Assembly (NCBI GenBank): GCA_964016885.1
Contig: OZ024749.1
Location: 29,016,001-29,080,000 of the forward strand
Source: Eledone cirrhosa
Lineage: Eukaryota
Direction of reading: 5' to 3'
DNA length: 64,000 nt
Shown: positions 15,950 to 29,003 of the stretch, in pieces
How positions within the stretch are numbered: position 1 is the first letter of the stretch
Layout of the letters: every line of letters starts with the position of its first letter
Notes under the pieces: generated by a model
The model's input: the letters and a program-made list of their open reading frames with translations, nothing else
What the model was told of the DNA's origin: nothing
Database searches by the model: none
Program-made: the position numbers and the translations under genes

Positions 15950-16442
15950 AGGATGAGAGTAGCATTACACTCAACTACTTGGATGAGTGCAGCACGACAC
16001 TCAACTGCTTGGAGGAGTGTAGCACCACACTCAACTAATTGGATGAGTGTAGCACTACACTCAACTGCTTGGATGAGTGTAGCACTACACACAACTGCTT
16101 GCACTCAACGAGGACGAGTATAGCCCCATACTCAGTTACTTGCACGTATGTAGCCCCACACTCCGCTGCTTGAATAAGTGTAGCACCACACTCAGTTACT
16201 TGGACGAGTGTAGTACCACACTTAAATATTTGGACGAGTGTAGCACTACACTCAGTTACTTGCTGGGGGTGTAGTACCACACTCAAATATCTCACTCATT
16301 GGGACCGAGTATAGCCCCATACTCAACTACATGCATGAATGTAGCACCACACTTAACTACATGCATGTATGTAGCACCACAATAAAATATTTGCACTCAG
16401 CAGGGATGAGTGTAGCATCACATTCAACTACTTGCACTCAAC
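15950..16442. repeat. 30-bp minisatellite (GAGTGTAGCACCACACTCAACTGCTTGGAT)
   Basis: Degenerate tandem copies, each with an internal GAGTGT/ACACTC inverted repeat. Confidence 0.88.
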
Positions 16443-16555
16443 TGAAAATTGAGAATGAACAGAGAAAGATTTGTGAGACGAAGTTGAAATATAGGATTTT
16501 AATTAAATAATGACATGAACTAATGTACTGGTTCACATATAGAGAGAGACATATA

Positions 16556-16706
<151 letters not shown>

Positions 16707-17064
16707 TTGTATATATGTATGTATTATTATTATATCTATACATATATAGGTATATATAATTGTATATATAACGTGTATATATATATATATATATAAAGTG
16801 TATATATATATATAGATATATATATACATATATAGAAATTATACATATTTATTATTAGTTATATGCTTACATACATATACACACGCACTCATATATCTGA
16901 TATGTATATATATACACCATTTATGTATGAAATATGCTCAGTCTTTTTCATACATACGCATAAAAACATACATACAAATCTATGCATACATACATTAAAT
17001 CATACATCCATCCATCCATCCATACATACGCACATAGACAGAAAGACAGCCAGATAGACAGGTA

Positions 17065-17615
17065 AATACATGGACATATACGGACATATATTGACATATA
17101 TGGAATATATATGGATATATATGAACATATATGGATATATATGGATATACATAATATATGGATATATATATATGGACATATATGGATATACATAAACAAA
17201 TATGGGCATACATGGACATACATGAACATACATGGACATACACGGACATATATGGACATAGATGGACATACATTGCCATATATGGACATGTATGGACATA
17301 CATGGGATATATTGACATATATGGACATACATGAACATACATGGACATATATGGACATACATGGACATATATTGACATATATGGACACACACGAACATCA
17401 TGGACAAATATGGACATGCACGAACATACATGGACATATATTGACATATATGGACATACACGAACATCATGGACAAATATGGACATGCACGAACATACAT
17501 GGACATATATTGACATATATGGACATACACGAACATTATGGACAAATATGGACATACACGAACATACATGGACATATATGGACAAACATGGACATATATT
17601 GACATATATGGACAT
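17065..17615. repeat. ATGGACATAT-type 10-12-bp tandem repeat
   Basis: Direct reading. Confidence 0.9.
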
Positions 17616-17877
17616 CAGTGAAAAGAGATCGGAAATACTGTGGAAAGAAGAAGAATGAAGAATTTCTGACCATTGTTAGTCGAAGACTGTAATGGCGCAG
17701 GAGATGCTTGGTTTTTGCTTTTTTTTTTTTTCGTGTAATAAAGTTCGATACCAAGTCGTTTGTTGAGGCTTCTTTTCAATAAATGTTAAATCAGTTTGGA
17801 TCATACAATGTCAAAGATTCTGGGGCTAAAAAATGTCCTCCAAGAATTATTCGCATGACTGTACTTACTATTTTTTC

Positions 17878-18350
17878 CTGTGAAGGTGTTTGACTTAATT
17901 GTTAGAGTGTTTTGGATCACGATCGTAAGGTCGTGAGTTCTATTCCCATCGGAGATAGTGTGTTGTGTCCTTGTGAAAGACACACTTATTTCACCTTGCT
18001 CCAGTCGACTCCACTGGCATAAATGTGTCGTACCTGGTAATTCAAAGGATCTACCCTTGTTACACATTGTGTCACGTTGAATCTCCCTGAAAACTACGTT
18101 AAGGATGCATGCGTGTGTGGAATGCTTAGCAAGCAACTTGCACTGTAATACAAAACCGACTGTACTTGTAATTCTGTAATTCAAAGGACCCAGCCTTGTC
18201 ACACACACACAGGCACTGTGTCATTTGAATGTCCCTGAGAGCTGTTTGTGGAATATTCAGCCACTTGCTCGTTGACTTCATGAACAGGCTGAATGTTATT
18301 TGATCAAACAACTGGAACACTCGTTGTCGAGACTGACGGAGGTCCAACAC
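17878..18350 (+). mobile_element. Degenerate SINE family B with internal duplication
   Basis: GTGAAGGTGTTTGACTTAATTGTTAG...GTGAGTTCTATTCCC...GTGTCCTTGTGAAAGACACACTTATTTCAC; the GTAATTCAAAGGA...CCTTGT block occurs twice. Confidence 0.6.
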
Positions 18351-18666
18351 AATTCTTCCTACTGCCAGTGGTACAACCATTACAGTCAGAAATCTTAAAA
18401 ACAACATGGTTACTATCTTGACATTGTATTTTCCTATTTTAGTATATTTTATTTTGATTGAGTCGTTTTTTATTTGCTCTTGGATTTCTCGAATCTTTTT
18501 AATTAAATGCGAAATTTGGTAGGTAAAAAAATGTTAACGTGAATAAAAAAAAATGATCTTTTCATTAATTAATTAATTATTATTAGGATTAACCCGATTA
18601 TTATTTTCTTCTCTAAATTTCACAAAATTTCGTTGTTGCTGTTACAAGTTTAGTTGTTATTTTTCT

Positions 18667-18792
<126 letters not shown>

Positions 18793-18825
18793 CATAAGTA
18801 CATAAATGCATACATATATATGTGT

Positions 18826-18880
<55 letters not shown>

Positions 18881-18921
18881 TTATATATATATATATATTC
18901 CATAAATATTGGCCCTCCCTT

Positions 18922-19647
18922 TCAATAAACAATACTGTTACATTTTCCGTTAAGTCCAAGCCTAATTTCGTGTTCTCTGGCTCTCATTCGTAGAGCAGCT
19001 ATACTTGAGGAACGTCTGTCGGCATCAGCGAAATTTCCCGATGTAACTGTCAGTCCTGCTGTGGTGGGCGGAGATTGTGATGCTGATGTCGAATCATTAG
19101 AACTAACATTGTTGTTTATGCTAGCAGGCGACCCGTTGCTGTTATTACTGTTGTTGTTGTTGTTGTTGTTATTGCTGCTGCTGCTGTTGGTGTTGTTGTT
19201 ACTGTCACGGCTTTTCGCTGCCGTCGACGTCATGCTGGCCAAGAGGTGTTGGAATGAGCCAGGGGGAGGTAAATGTGTACTAAATGAAGGGAAAGATCTG
19301 ATCTGAGCCGCCGCCGACGATGACGTCGACGATAGTCCCGCTGCTGCCGCCAACGCCATCGGACTGTAAAAGCCAGCTGCTGCGGCGGCGGCGGCAGCAG
19401 CCGCAGCAGCAGCAGCAGCAGTAGGGGGAGAGAACTGTGGGTTGGCATTCTGTGCTGATGCTAAGGTGTACCGACCAAGAATGTGGTTTTCGTACGATTT
19501 CATCAAGAGATCGGCGTAACTTTGATGTGTGGGCAAAACTCCAACACGCCCAACATTCAAGTTATTTGAGTAAGGACCATACAAATGAGATTGAGGACCA
19601 ACTTTCTCTTTTTTACGCCATTTTGCTCTGCGGTTCTGGAACCAAAC
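18922..19647 (-). CDS. Arx: Aristaless/Arx-like paired-class homeobox protein, last coding exon (helix 3, poly-Ala, OAR domain)
   Basis: Acceptor ttttctatttgattAG, then [26 protein letters not shown] in frame with the 220-aa ORF. OAR motif [17 protein letters not shown]; stop TGA at 18922-18924. Confidence 0.93.
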   Translation of the reverse strand, partial: VWFQNRRAKWRKKEKVGPQSHLYGPYSNNLNVGRVGVLPTHQSYADLLMKSYENHILGRYTLASAQNANPQFSPPTAAAAAAAAAAAAAAAGFYSPMALAAAAGLSSTSSSAAAQIRSFPSFSTHLPPPGSFQHLLASMTSTAAKSRDSNNNTNSSSSNNNNNNNNSNNSNGSPASINNNVSSNDSTSASQSPPTTAGLTVTSGNFADADRRSSSIAALRMRAREHEIRLGLNGKCNSIVY

Positions 19648-19769
19648 CTAATCAAATAGAAAAGAAAAGAAGAGGAAAAATGTTATATTAATCCATAAAA
19701 ATGTATGATAATTTTTTTTAAATGTATGATAATTTTTTTAAATGTATGATAATTTTTTTAATGGATAGG

Positions 19770-19910
19770 TGCTGGCATGGCTGTGTGGTTAAGAAGTCTA
19801 CTTCGTAACTACATGGTTTCGGTTTCTGTTCCACAGTGGGGTATCTTGGTCAAATATCTTCTTCTATAGCCTCGGGTTGACCAAGAAAATTATGTGGAAG
19901 CCCATCGTAT
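19770..19910 (+). mobile_element. Degenerate tRNA-derived SINE (third family)
   Basis: GCATGGCTGTGTGGTTAAGAAG head, GGTTTCTGTTCCAC B-box-like, TCTTCTATAGCCTCGGG body. Confidence 0.5.
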
Positions 19911-20011
19911 ATATATATATATAAATAAAACAATCAAATTTTTGCTTAATACTACCCTTTCATATTTATAATTATATATAACTCATATATAAGAATAAAT
20001 AATATTATTAC

Positions 20012-20047
<36 letters not shown>

Positions 20048-20149
20048 AATACATATAAAAATACATAAATATACATAAATGTGTGTGTGTATGCTTGCAT
20101 GCATGTGTGGTTGTGTGAAGGATTTAATTGCTCAGATGATGATGATGAT

Positions 20150-20712
20150 GATAAATTCGGGTTTGTCAGAGCAACTAAATGGTATGAACAGAGATCAGAC
20201 GGGGTGTTAGAGAATGATGAACTTAAAATTTTGTGGGACTTCACCATTGAATTCAATAGAATGGTGAAGAAGGCAAGAAGGCCAAACATTTTAGTTGTGA
20301 ACAAGAAGAAACAAGAGACCAAAATTATTAATATATCTGTCCCAGGGGATAGTAGAGTGAAACATAAAGAGTATGAACAGATGGAAAAGTATGAGCCACT
20401 GAGGGAGAAGGCTGGAAAGTTGTAAGGGGTGAAAGAGATGGTAGGGATTCCAGTGGTGATTGGAGCTTCGGGATGTATATTGGAGAGTTTTGAGGACTGT
20501 GTTAATAGAACCAGAATTGATGTAAGGTTACAGGTTATATAGACGACAGCACTTCTTGGTACAGCAAGGATTTTAAGGAAAGTCTTGTCTATGTAAGACG
20601 CAGAAGATAATACAGTGAGGGACCTTTGTCAACTTGTTGACTGCTCCCTAACTGAAATATCCAGATCGTTTAACACCTAAATGTCTGAGATTTACAAATA
20701 CGAATAATAATA
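20150..20712 (+). mobile_element. Old R4/Dong-like LINE 3' fragment (RLE domain)
   Basis: KWYEQ...ENDELKILWDFTI...RPNILVV...INISVPGDSRV...EKYEPL, then ALLGTARILRKVL*, ending in (TAA)n; homologous to the C-terminus of the 25241 element. Confidence 0.85.
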
Positions 20713-20910
20713 ATTGATTCTGTTTTAGGTACAATGCCAGCAATTTGAAGGGGAGGGGAAAATCGATTAAGTGCATAACTTGTGCTTTACTTATCGACAC
20801 CTTAAGAATGAAAGGCAAAGCTAACATCGGCGTGATTTGAACTCAGAATGTAAAGGACCGTAACTCTATATCGCGAAGCATATTGTCCGATGCTCTACCG
20901 ACACCACCAA
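20712..20910 (-). mobile_element. SINE family A, diverged
   Basis: TTATCGACACCTTAAGAATGAAAGGCAAAG...GATTTGAACTCAG; a partial plus-strand copy follows at 21105-21200. Confidence 0.75.
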
Positions 20911-21540
20911 ATATTTCTAACTATGTTTGCTAATTTATTAATATTTGAAACAAATGAACTGTTCTTCGTCTGCAGGCTATAAATTATTAAACTATAATTA
21001 TTTTAGTACTAATTGTCTTATTGTCTTTGTGTTGCCGCCTCGCTTCATTAGCAATATATATTGCTGTCAGAAACAGACAACGACTTCCTAATATATTAAA
21101 TCAAAAGGTTAACTTTGCCTTTCATCCTTACGGGGTCGATAAATTAAAGTACCAGTAATGTACTTGGTAATTGCTGGCCTTGTGCCAAAAGTAGAGATAA
21201 TTATATTATATATTATATTATATTATATTATAATATATTATATTATAATATATTGTATTGTATTATATTGTATTGTATTATATTGTACTATATTATATTA
21301 CTTTAGATTAGATTACATTAAATTAGAATATATTACAGTATATTATATTATATTACATTGTTATATTAAATTATATTATATCGGTGGCGGCGGTGGAGGT
21401 AGTGGTGGAGGTGGTGGTGGTGGTGGTAGTAGTAGTAGTACTAGTTAATTCTGGTACGATGATGAATAAATCAATACACACACACATACACACACACACA
21501 CATATATATATATATGTATGTGTTAGTGTGAACGAGTATT

Positions 21541-21594
<54 letters not shown>

Positions 21595-21624
21595 TACACA
21601 AACACACACACATATATATATATA

Positions 21625-21714
<90 letters not shown>

Positions 21715-21720
<6 letters not shown>

Positions 21721-21923
21721 ACGAGTAGGACCCCGACGCCTGAGCTCAAGCCGTTTCGACGGCTAATTCTGGACTAAAATCTTTTTAGTCCAGAATTAGC
21801 CGTCGAAACGGCTTGAGCTCAGCCGTCGGGGTCCTACTCGTCCCTATTACCCACTCTACTACCCTAAGTATTGAGTACTTTGGTGCGTTATGGTCGACCT
21901 GATTCCTTGCCACATTTCCTCCG

Positions 21924-21924
<1 letters not shown>
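21715..21924 (+). mobile_element. Fold-back mini-element in (TA)n: 133-bp palindrome plus tail, with the 3' half of a hammerhead
   Basis: ATAGGGACGAGTAGG...TAAAA TCT TTTTAGTCC...CCTACTCGTCCCTAT; contains GAA-ACGGCT-TGAGCTC-AGCCGT-C; second truncated copy at 35640-35716. Confidence 0.8.
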
Positions 21925-21969
<45 letters not shown>

Positions 21970-21975
<6 letters not shown>

Positions 21976-22160
21976 TTTAATAAAGAAATGGCTTCTACAG
22001 GACTAGAACTGTTTCATTCAAAAGAAATCATCACAAGGAAAGCTTGAATGAAACAGTTCTGTAGAAACCATTTCTATATTAAACATTATATTTACACTCT
22101 ACTAATGTATTGAGTACCTTACTTACTGTGGTTACCCCCATTTGAACCCGGGACTCATTT
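21970..22160 (+). mobile_element. Fold-back mini-element in (TA)n (CTACAGGACTAGAAC family)
   Basis: Imperfect palindrome 21970-22089 plus tail; relatives at 38310 and 53371. Confidence 0.75.
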
Positions 22161-23091
22161 ATATATTTATTTATAGATGTATGTGTATCCCCAGTACAAT
22201 ACGCTCATCATAAAACGGAACACTGATGTTATTAAACATCCTTTCCATTTCTTTATTCAATATATTTACTTCTTCATTTCTCATACAAAAAAAATAAACG
22301 CAAAATTAATTTCAACAAATTCTTAAGATTTAATCAACAGTTTCATTTTTAATAAAACATAACATTTCCTGCATCTTTGTAAAAAAAAAAAAAAAATCTG
22401 GAATAACTTTTGTTATTGTTGATGTTGTTTGTTATTTTTTTCTGAAATAGTAAACAAAATACTATTTGAAGTTTATTAAATAGAACTAAAATAGGAGTTG
22501 GGTGTGTTGGAAGGAATAAATATTCGTTATTGTCCATTTATAAACCTACCAAATGTTAAAACCTCGTTCATTGTCCTTGTTACTACTAGCGCCATCTTTA
22601 TATTTCTCCACAGCATCAGCCATCTTGTTTAATTTACACCATGTATTAAAGGAAAAAAAAGTTTGATTTTTTTCTTCCTTTCTTTAATAATAACAACCCG
22701 TTGACATAGAACGCTAAAGCTAATATGTCGGCAATGGGCTGGCTTGAAGCATTTCCGGTGTTTCTTGTTCACTAGACACACAAACCAACTCGTTGTCGCT
22801 ATTATTGCTTTCGTTTGATTGCATCGGTTGACTATATTTGATCTAGAAGACGGCTAATTAATCAGTGTAATTGAATCTTGTTCAACGGAGATTCAATAAT
22901 CACGGTGACAGCCTCCAACACCTCCAGCACCATCAGCACCACCACTGCCGTCTGACTAGTCAAATATTTGTTCTCTGTCGAATCCATTCACAAAACTACC
23001 AGCTCCGCAATTATCATCGAGAAGAAATTATATTTATTTGTTTGGATTCTATTAAACAAATTAATGGTTTATTTTCTCCAAGTAGATATGG

Positions 23092-23412
23092 CATAAGGAG
23101 TCTTCTGCAAAATAAATAATATTTTAACCTATTCAGCACGTGGTAACACGTGAAGGCGCGTGGCTTAGTGGTTAAGGTGTTCGGCTAACGATCGTAAAGC
23201 TGTGGGTTTCATTCCCGGCGGCGTTTTATGTCCTTGAGCGAGACACTTTATTTCACGCTACTCCATAAGGATCCTTCTGCAAAATAAATAATATTTTAAC
23301 CTATTCAGCACGTGGTAACATGTGAAGGCGCGTGGCTTAGTGGTTAAGGTGTTCAACTCACGATCGTAACGATGTGAGTTTGACTCGCAGCGGCGCTTTG
23401 TGTCCTTGAGCA
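23092..23412 (+). mobile_element. ~170-bp tandem duplication containing SINE family B heads
   Basis: CATAAGGA..CTTCTGCAAAATAAATAATATTTTAACCTATTCAGCACGTGGTAACA.GTGAAGGCGCGTGGCTTAGTGGTTAAGG occurs twice. Confidence 0.8.
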
Positions 23413-23589
23413 AATTTAGACACAAAGACAACAATTTGTGTGGAGGAGAAAGTTGAGTACATCGACCCCAGTTCGTGACTCGTACTTCCCGGAAGTATGA
23501 AAGGCAAGCCTAACCTAAGCGGGATTTGATCTCATAATGTCAAGGGCGGTAACTAAATGCTCCTAAGCATTTTGTCCGACACTCTAAAA

Positions 23590-24306
23590 GCTGGTGAGAC
23601 AATGCGCCAGCTTCAGCATTCCGTAATCAGAAGGGAGGTAGGTTTGATGCCGAGTGCTATATGGCTAGAATGAAAATCGGTGCTGCGAAAACTGAGACAT
23701 ATCTTCTTAAAGAAGCCTGCGCAGTGCACTCTACATGTAAATGGTGTTCCATTGTAGCAGATAGAGAAGTTCAAGTATCTCGGGATAGTGTTCCCGAGTG
23801 ATGGAAGGCAGGAGGCTGAATTAAATGCAAGATTTGTAAGAGCTTGTGCAGTAATGCGCCAGCTTTAGCATTCGGTAATCAGAAGAAGGGAGGTAGGTGT
23901 AAAAGCCAAAATCACTATCTTCAATTCGGTATTCCTGCCAAAACTTACCTAGGGTCATGAATTTTGGGTAATGACCGAAAGAATACGATCGCGAATACAA
24001 GCTGCCGAAATGGGGTTCCCCCGAAGGGTTTTTAGAGTAACGTTATTCGATAGAGTGCGAAGTTCGGAGATCAGAGATGCACTCCAGGTAGAGCTGCTAA
24101 TTCTCCGAATTGAGCGATCATAGCTCCGATACTATGGGCATAGGGCTAGAATGTCTCAGGAAAGAATCGCTGGACAGATTTTACGGACAAAAACAAACGG
24201 TAGGAGACCCTGTGGTAGCCCCTGAGCAAGATGGTTGGATAACATCCATGAGCTTGGCTGGTCTCGCTTGGGGAACCAGCCGGATCAGTTGGAGATGGTT
24301 GCTTTT
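23590..24306 (+). mobile_element. RTE-clade LINE, decayed RT C-terminal fragment followed by (GAA)n
   Basis: Translates with stops to EKFKYLGIVFPSDG...GHEFWVMTERIRSRIQAAEMGF...DRVRSSEIR...RWLDNI. Confidence 0.82.
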
Positions 24307-24589
24307 GAAGAAGAAGAAGAAGAAGAAGAAGAAGAAGAAGAAGAAGAAGAAGAAGAAGAAGAAGAAGAAGAAGAAGAAGAAGAAGAAGAAGAAGAAGAAG
24401 AAGAAGAAGAAGAAGAAGAAGAAGAGACAGCAGTAGCTCTATTGATTTTGCCAATCCACTGCCCTTAATACAATTAATAATAGAATGTAATTAATTTACT
24501 AAAATATTTCAGAATCTGTCATCTGTCAGATTTAGAAAATTCTAAATCATTAATTTTAATTTAATTATAAACCGAATTGATAATAATAA

Positions 24590-24890
24590 TAATGCTTTCT
24601 GATTTAGGCACAGGGCCAGCAATTTTGGAGGAAAAGAAAGTCGATTAAATCAACCCCAGTGAATTACTGGTACTTTATTTTATCGACCCCGTAAGGATGA
24701 AAGGCAAAGTTAACCTCGGCGGGATTTGAACTCAGAATGGAAAGGGCCGTAACTCTTTGCGTCAAAGCATGGCGTCCGACCCTCTACCAATACTGCCAAT
24801 CCATGGTTTCTGGTTTAGGTACAAAGCCAACAATTTTGATGGAGGGGAAAGTCGATTAAATTTCCCCCAGTGCATTACTGGTACTTTAGA
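24590..24890 (-). mobile_element. SINE family A (one full and one partial copy)
   Basis: Core TTTATCGACCCCGTAAGGATGAAAGGCAAAG on the plus strand. Confidence 0.85.
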
Positions 24891-24961
24891 TAGAAGAAGA
24901 AGAAGAAGAAGAAGAAGAAGAAGAAGAAGAAGAAGAAGAAGAAGAAGAAGAAGAAGAAGAA

Positions 24962-25113
24962 GACCCGCTTTTTGGAACACTTCAAAAGGCATGTTTGCTG
25001 GGAACAGCAAGAACCCTCCGATACGTCCTGAATATCTGAGGCTGCAGGTAGCGGTTTGATATTCATTTCAACAAACTTTCCAGTTAACTAACATTAATGA
25101 CTGAGACTCAAAG
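24962..25113 (+). mobile_element. Short 3' end of the R4/Dong-like LINE
   Basis: Matches 27352-27503 (GTLQKACLLGTARTLRYVLNI* plus 3' UTR). Confidence 0.9.
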
Positions 25114-25166
25114 AACAATAATCATAATAATTGTTTCTATATTTAAAATAATTGTTTCTACTTTGG

Positions 25167-25232
<66 letters not shown>

Positions 25233-25240
25233 GTAATAAT

Positions 25241-27427
25241 AGTATCACAGTTGAAACTCTTAAGGGGCAGGCCAAAAAACTAACCAACTGGAAATCACCA
25301 GGCCCAGATGGTGTGCAGGGGTATTGGATTAAAAATTTAACATCCCTCCACCCGAAGCTGACGGCCATGTTCAATGACTGCTTGGTGTCGGGTGAGGTGC
25401 CAGAGTGGTTGACAAAAGGTACCACAGTTCTGATAATGAAAGACCGAATCAAGGGTAATGATGTTACCAACTATAGACCTATCACATGTCTGTCCGTAAT
25501 GTGGAAACTGTTGACGAGCATTGTATCTGAGGAAATCTACCATCACCTCCACACAAACAACTTGTTACCGGACGAACAGAAAGGATGCCGAAAGAAGTCA
25601 CGTGGTACAAAGGACCAGTTACTTATTGATAAGATGGTAATGGGGAATTGCAGGAGGAGACACACTGATCTTGCCATGGGATGGATAGACTACAGAAAGG
25701 CATTTGACATGGTGCCTCATTCTTGGATCACCAAAAGCCTGGAGATCTTCAGGGTGGCAGATAACATCAGACAGTTGCTTGGCAGGAGTATGGGGTCCTG
25801 GGAGACAGAGTTGACATCAACTGGAGTATCCTTGGGAAGCGTGAAGATCAAGAGAGGTATCTTCCAGGGAGATAGCCTGTCCCCTCTGTTGTTTGTCCTT
25901 GCCCTGATGCCCTTGACCATTATGCTGCGAAAAGTGAGAGCAGGATACAAGTTGGGAAAGGGAGAGCTTACCATCAATCACCTCCTCTTCATGGACGATC
26001 TTAAGCTCTTCGGGAAATGTGAGAAAGAGTTGGATGTGCTTGTTGACACTGTCCGTATTTTCAGCAGTGATATATGTATGCAGTTTGGTATTAGTAAATG
26101 TGGAGTCATTGTGATGAGGAGGGGTAGGTTGAGCAGAAGTAACGGGATCCAGATACCAACAGGTGAGATGATAAAGGAAATTGACTCTGAGGAAGGATAC
26201 AAGTATTTGGGCGTTCTGGAGGCTGATGGCATAAAGAACAAAAAAATGAAGGAATTGTTAAGAACTGAATACATTCGGAGAGTAAGGAGCGTATTGAAGT
26301 CACATCTGAACAGCAGAAATGCCATAAGCGCAGTAAATTCCCGAGCTGTGTCTATTATTAGGTACAGTGCGGGAATTCTGAGATGGAATGTTGCTGAACA
26401 AAAAGAAATGGATAGGAAGACTAGGAAGCTATTGACTATCTACAACATGTTCCACAAGAGGAGTGATGTCGATAGACTCTACCTAAGGAGATCTGAGGGT
26501 GGAAGAGGTCTTATCAGCATAGAGGACTGTGTTCAGATGAAGAAAAACAACCTGTACAAATACGTGACCTATAGTAAGGAGCCAATGCTCAGAACTGTAC
26601 TGAAGGAGGGGACAGTAGGCCAGGGGATGTCCAAGGAGGAAATAACATCAAGGAGGAAGAGCAGCCTTAAGGGAAAATCCCTTCATAGTACCTTCTTTGA
26701 GAAAACTGAATTTAGAGATCCACAGACATGGAACTGGTTGAGAAGAGGAGACCTCAAAAAGGCTACAGAAGGAATGCTAATGGCTGCGCAGGAGCAGGCC
26801 CTCAAAACGAAGTGGTTGAAGCACCATATTTACAAGGAGGGGGCTAGCCCACTGTGCAGGATCTGTGGAGAGAGAGAGGAGACTGTGGCTCACATTGTGT
26901 CCGAGTGTAAACACCTAGCCCAGACCCACTATAAGGGCTGGAGACACGATGTGATGGGCAGGGTGATCCACTGGCACCTGTGCAAAGTAAACAATTTACC
27001 ACATTCTGAGAAATGGTATGAGCATAGGCCAGAGGCGGTGATGGAGAACAATCAGGTGAAGGTGCTGTGGGATTTTAGGATACAGACGGACAAAAAACTG
27101 GAACACAATAGACCTGACCTGGTGGTTGTGGACAAAGAAAAAAGATCGTGTCTGATTGTGGATGTGGCCTGCCCTTTCGACACGAGAGTGCAAGAGAAGG
27201 AGAGGGAGAAAATTAACCGATACCAGGACCTAAAGTGGGAGGTGAAAAGGATTTGGAACTGCTATGAAGTCAAAGTGATCCCGATTGTCATAGGCGCACT
27301 GGGGACTATCTCCAAAAGTTTCCAGGGATGGTTAAAGAAAATCGGCCCCTTCACGCTTGTTGGAACGCTTCAAAAGGCATGCTTGCTGGGAACAGCAAGA
27401 ACCCTCCGATACGTCCTGAATATCTGA
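25241..27427 (+). CDS. RT + CCHC + restriction-like endonuclease reading frame (no native start)
   Basis: SPGPDG, YRPITCL, DYRKAFDMV, RGIFQGDSLSP, FMDD, YKYLG, CRICGEREETVAHIVSEC, RHD, RPDLVV..IVDVACP..EKINRY. Confidence 0.85.
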   Translation, partial: SITVETLKGQAKKLTNWKSPGPDGVQGYWIKNLTSLHPKLTAMFNDCLVSGEVPEWLTKGTTVLIMKDRIKGNDVTNYRPITCLSVMWKLLTSIVSEEIYHHLHTNNLLPDEQKGCRKKSRGTKDQLLIDKMVMGNCRRRHTDLAMGWIDYRKAFDMVPHSWITKSLEIFRVADNIRQLLGRSMGSWETELTSTGVSLGSVKIKRGIFQGDSLSPLLFVLALMPLTIMLRKVRAGYKLGKGELTINHLLFMDDLKLFGKCEKELDVLVDTVRIFSSDICMQFGISKCGVIVMRRGRLSRSNGIQIPTGEMIKEIDSEEGYKYLGVLEADGIKNKKMKELLRTEYIRRVRSVLKSHLNSRNAISAVNSRAVSIIRYSAGILRWNVAEQKEMDRKTRKLLTIYNMFHKRSDVDRLYLRRSEGGRGLISIEDCVQMKKNNLYKYVTYSKEPMLRTVLKEGTVGQGMSKEEITSRRKSSLKGKSLHSTFFEKTEFRDPQTWNWLRRGDLKKATEGMLMAAQEQALKTKWLKHHIYKEGASPLCRICGEREETVAHIVSECKHLAQTHYKGWRHDVMGRVIHWHLCKVNNLPHSEKWYEHRPEAVMENNQVKVLWDFRIQTDKKLEHNRPDLVVVDKEKRSCLIVDVACPFDTRVQEKEREKINRYQDLKWEVKRIWNCYEVKVIPIVIGALGTISKSFQGWLKKIGPFTLVGTLQKACLLGTARTLRYVLNI

Positions 27428-27503
27428 GGCTGCAGGTAGTGGCTTGATATTCATTCCAACGGACTTTCCAGTTAACCAACATCAATGACTGAGATTCAAG
27501 GAA
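25241..27503 (+). mobile_element. R4/Dong-like non-LTR retrotransposon, 5'-truncated, in (TAA)n
   Basis: Uninterrupted RT and RLE frame; (TAA)n on both sides; homology to the minus-strand copy begins at AGTATCACAG (25241). Confidence 0.93.
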
Positions 27504-27510
27504 TAACAAC

Positions 27511-27590
<80 letters not shown>

Positions 27591-28454
27591 TTTCTTTATT
27601 GGCCACAAGGGCTGATACCAAGAAAAACATTACAGACATTAATCAGAAATATCTTTTGGTAAAGTTTTAACCGCATTTTAGATCTTTAGATTAATATTAA
27701 ATACATTTTGAGAATCCGAATTAATTCGAAGGACCACATTTCAGAATTACTGATAAAAATACAACAATAGAAATCCATTTCCGGTGAAAATCGTTATTGG
27801 ATGGATAATTAATTATCCCATTCAACCAGTTTTATATTTCGACTGAAATGTGCCCTCTTCAGAAAATTTCTTTTTTTAAACAGTTACAACCATAGATATA
27901 TTATTAATCACTTTATCGTCCATTATTCTCAGGAATTTATTACAATTCCATCGCCATTTTTACGGTATGTATGCGTAAGAAAGAGAGGAAATATTTTATT
28001 ACTTCTAATTGCTTAAACCACTCAAACGTTATATAATTGGCGTTGCATTTCATTTATACGCACTCCATCAACGTATTCGCAACAGCTCAGTTGGTTTTCT
28101 AACATTTAATAAAACCACAACTACAACTACGACCTACAGCCACAACCACCACCACAGACAAGACCACAACCAGAATCCCAACCACCACCAACTACCACCA
28201 CCACAAAAACAACTTCTTCTTCTTCTTGCCAAACGCTGCCATTAAATAGATTAGATGGTCTCCTCCAATTCCACTAAGTCCATCCCCCCACACCCCATCC
28301 ACCACCACCACCACCACCACCAAAAAACCACCACCACACAGCTGTTTATTCAAATTCTAAACTCACTTGTTATAGCTGTTATTTTGTCATCATCATCATC
28401 ATTGTTATCATCATCATCATCATCACGATTGTCATCATCATCCTCAGAGCATTT

Positions 28455-28998
28455 TCCAATCCTTACGGGGTCGATAAAATAAAGTACCAGTAATGTACTG
28501 GTAATTTGCTGGCCTTGTGCCAAAAGTAGAAACAATTATTATTATTATTGTTATTATTATGAGGGCGGTGGATTGGCAGTATAGAGTTACAGTCCTTTAC
28601 GGTCTGAGTTCAAATCCCGCCGAGGTTAACTATGCCTTTCATCCTTACGGGGTCGATAAAATAAAGTACCAGTAATGTACTGAAATTGATTTAATCGACT
28701 TTCCCCTCTTCCCAAATTGCTGGTCTTGTGCTTATACTAGAAATTATTATTATTGTTATTATTATGAGGGCGGTGTCGGTAGAGCGTTGGATGGAAAAAT
28801 GTTTAGAGTGTCAGACTCCCTGCATTGCAACATAGAATTACGGCCCTTTACGTTCTGAGTTCAAATCCCACCGAGGTTAGCTTTGCCTTTCTTCCTTATG
28901 GGGTCGATAAAATAAAGCACCAGTGATTCACTGAGGTCGATTTAATCGACTTTCCCCCGCTCCAAATTGCTGGCCTTGTGCCAATAATACAAAACATT
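28455..28998 (+). mobile_element. Cluster of three SINE family A copies separated by (ATT)n
   Basis: 28455-28540, 28563-28745, 28768-28998; another at 29287-29470. Confidence 0.85.
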
Positions 28999-29003
28999 AT
29001 TAT

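Noticed and set aside
15950-16442. CRISPR-like 30-bp hairpin repeats
   Set aside because: No unique spacers, no cas genes, eukaryotic context.
25097-25240. N-terminus of the 776-aa ORF
   Set aside because: Read-through from an upstream LINE stub and (TAA)n; element homology starts at 25241.
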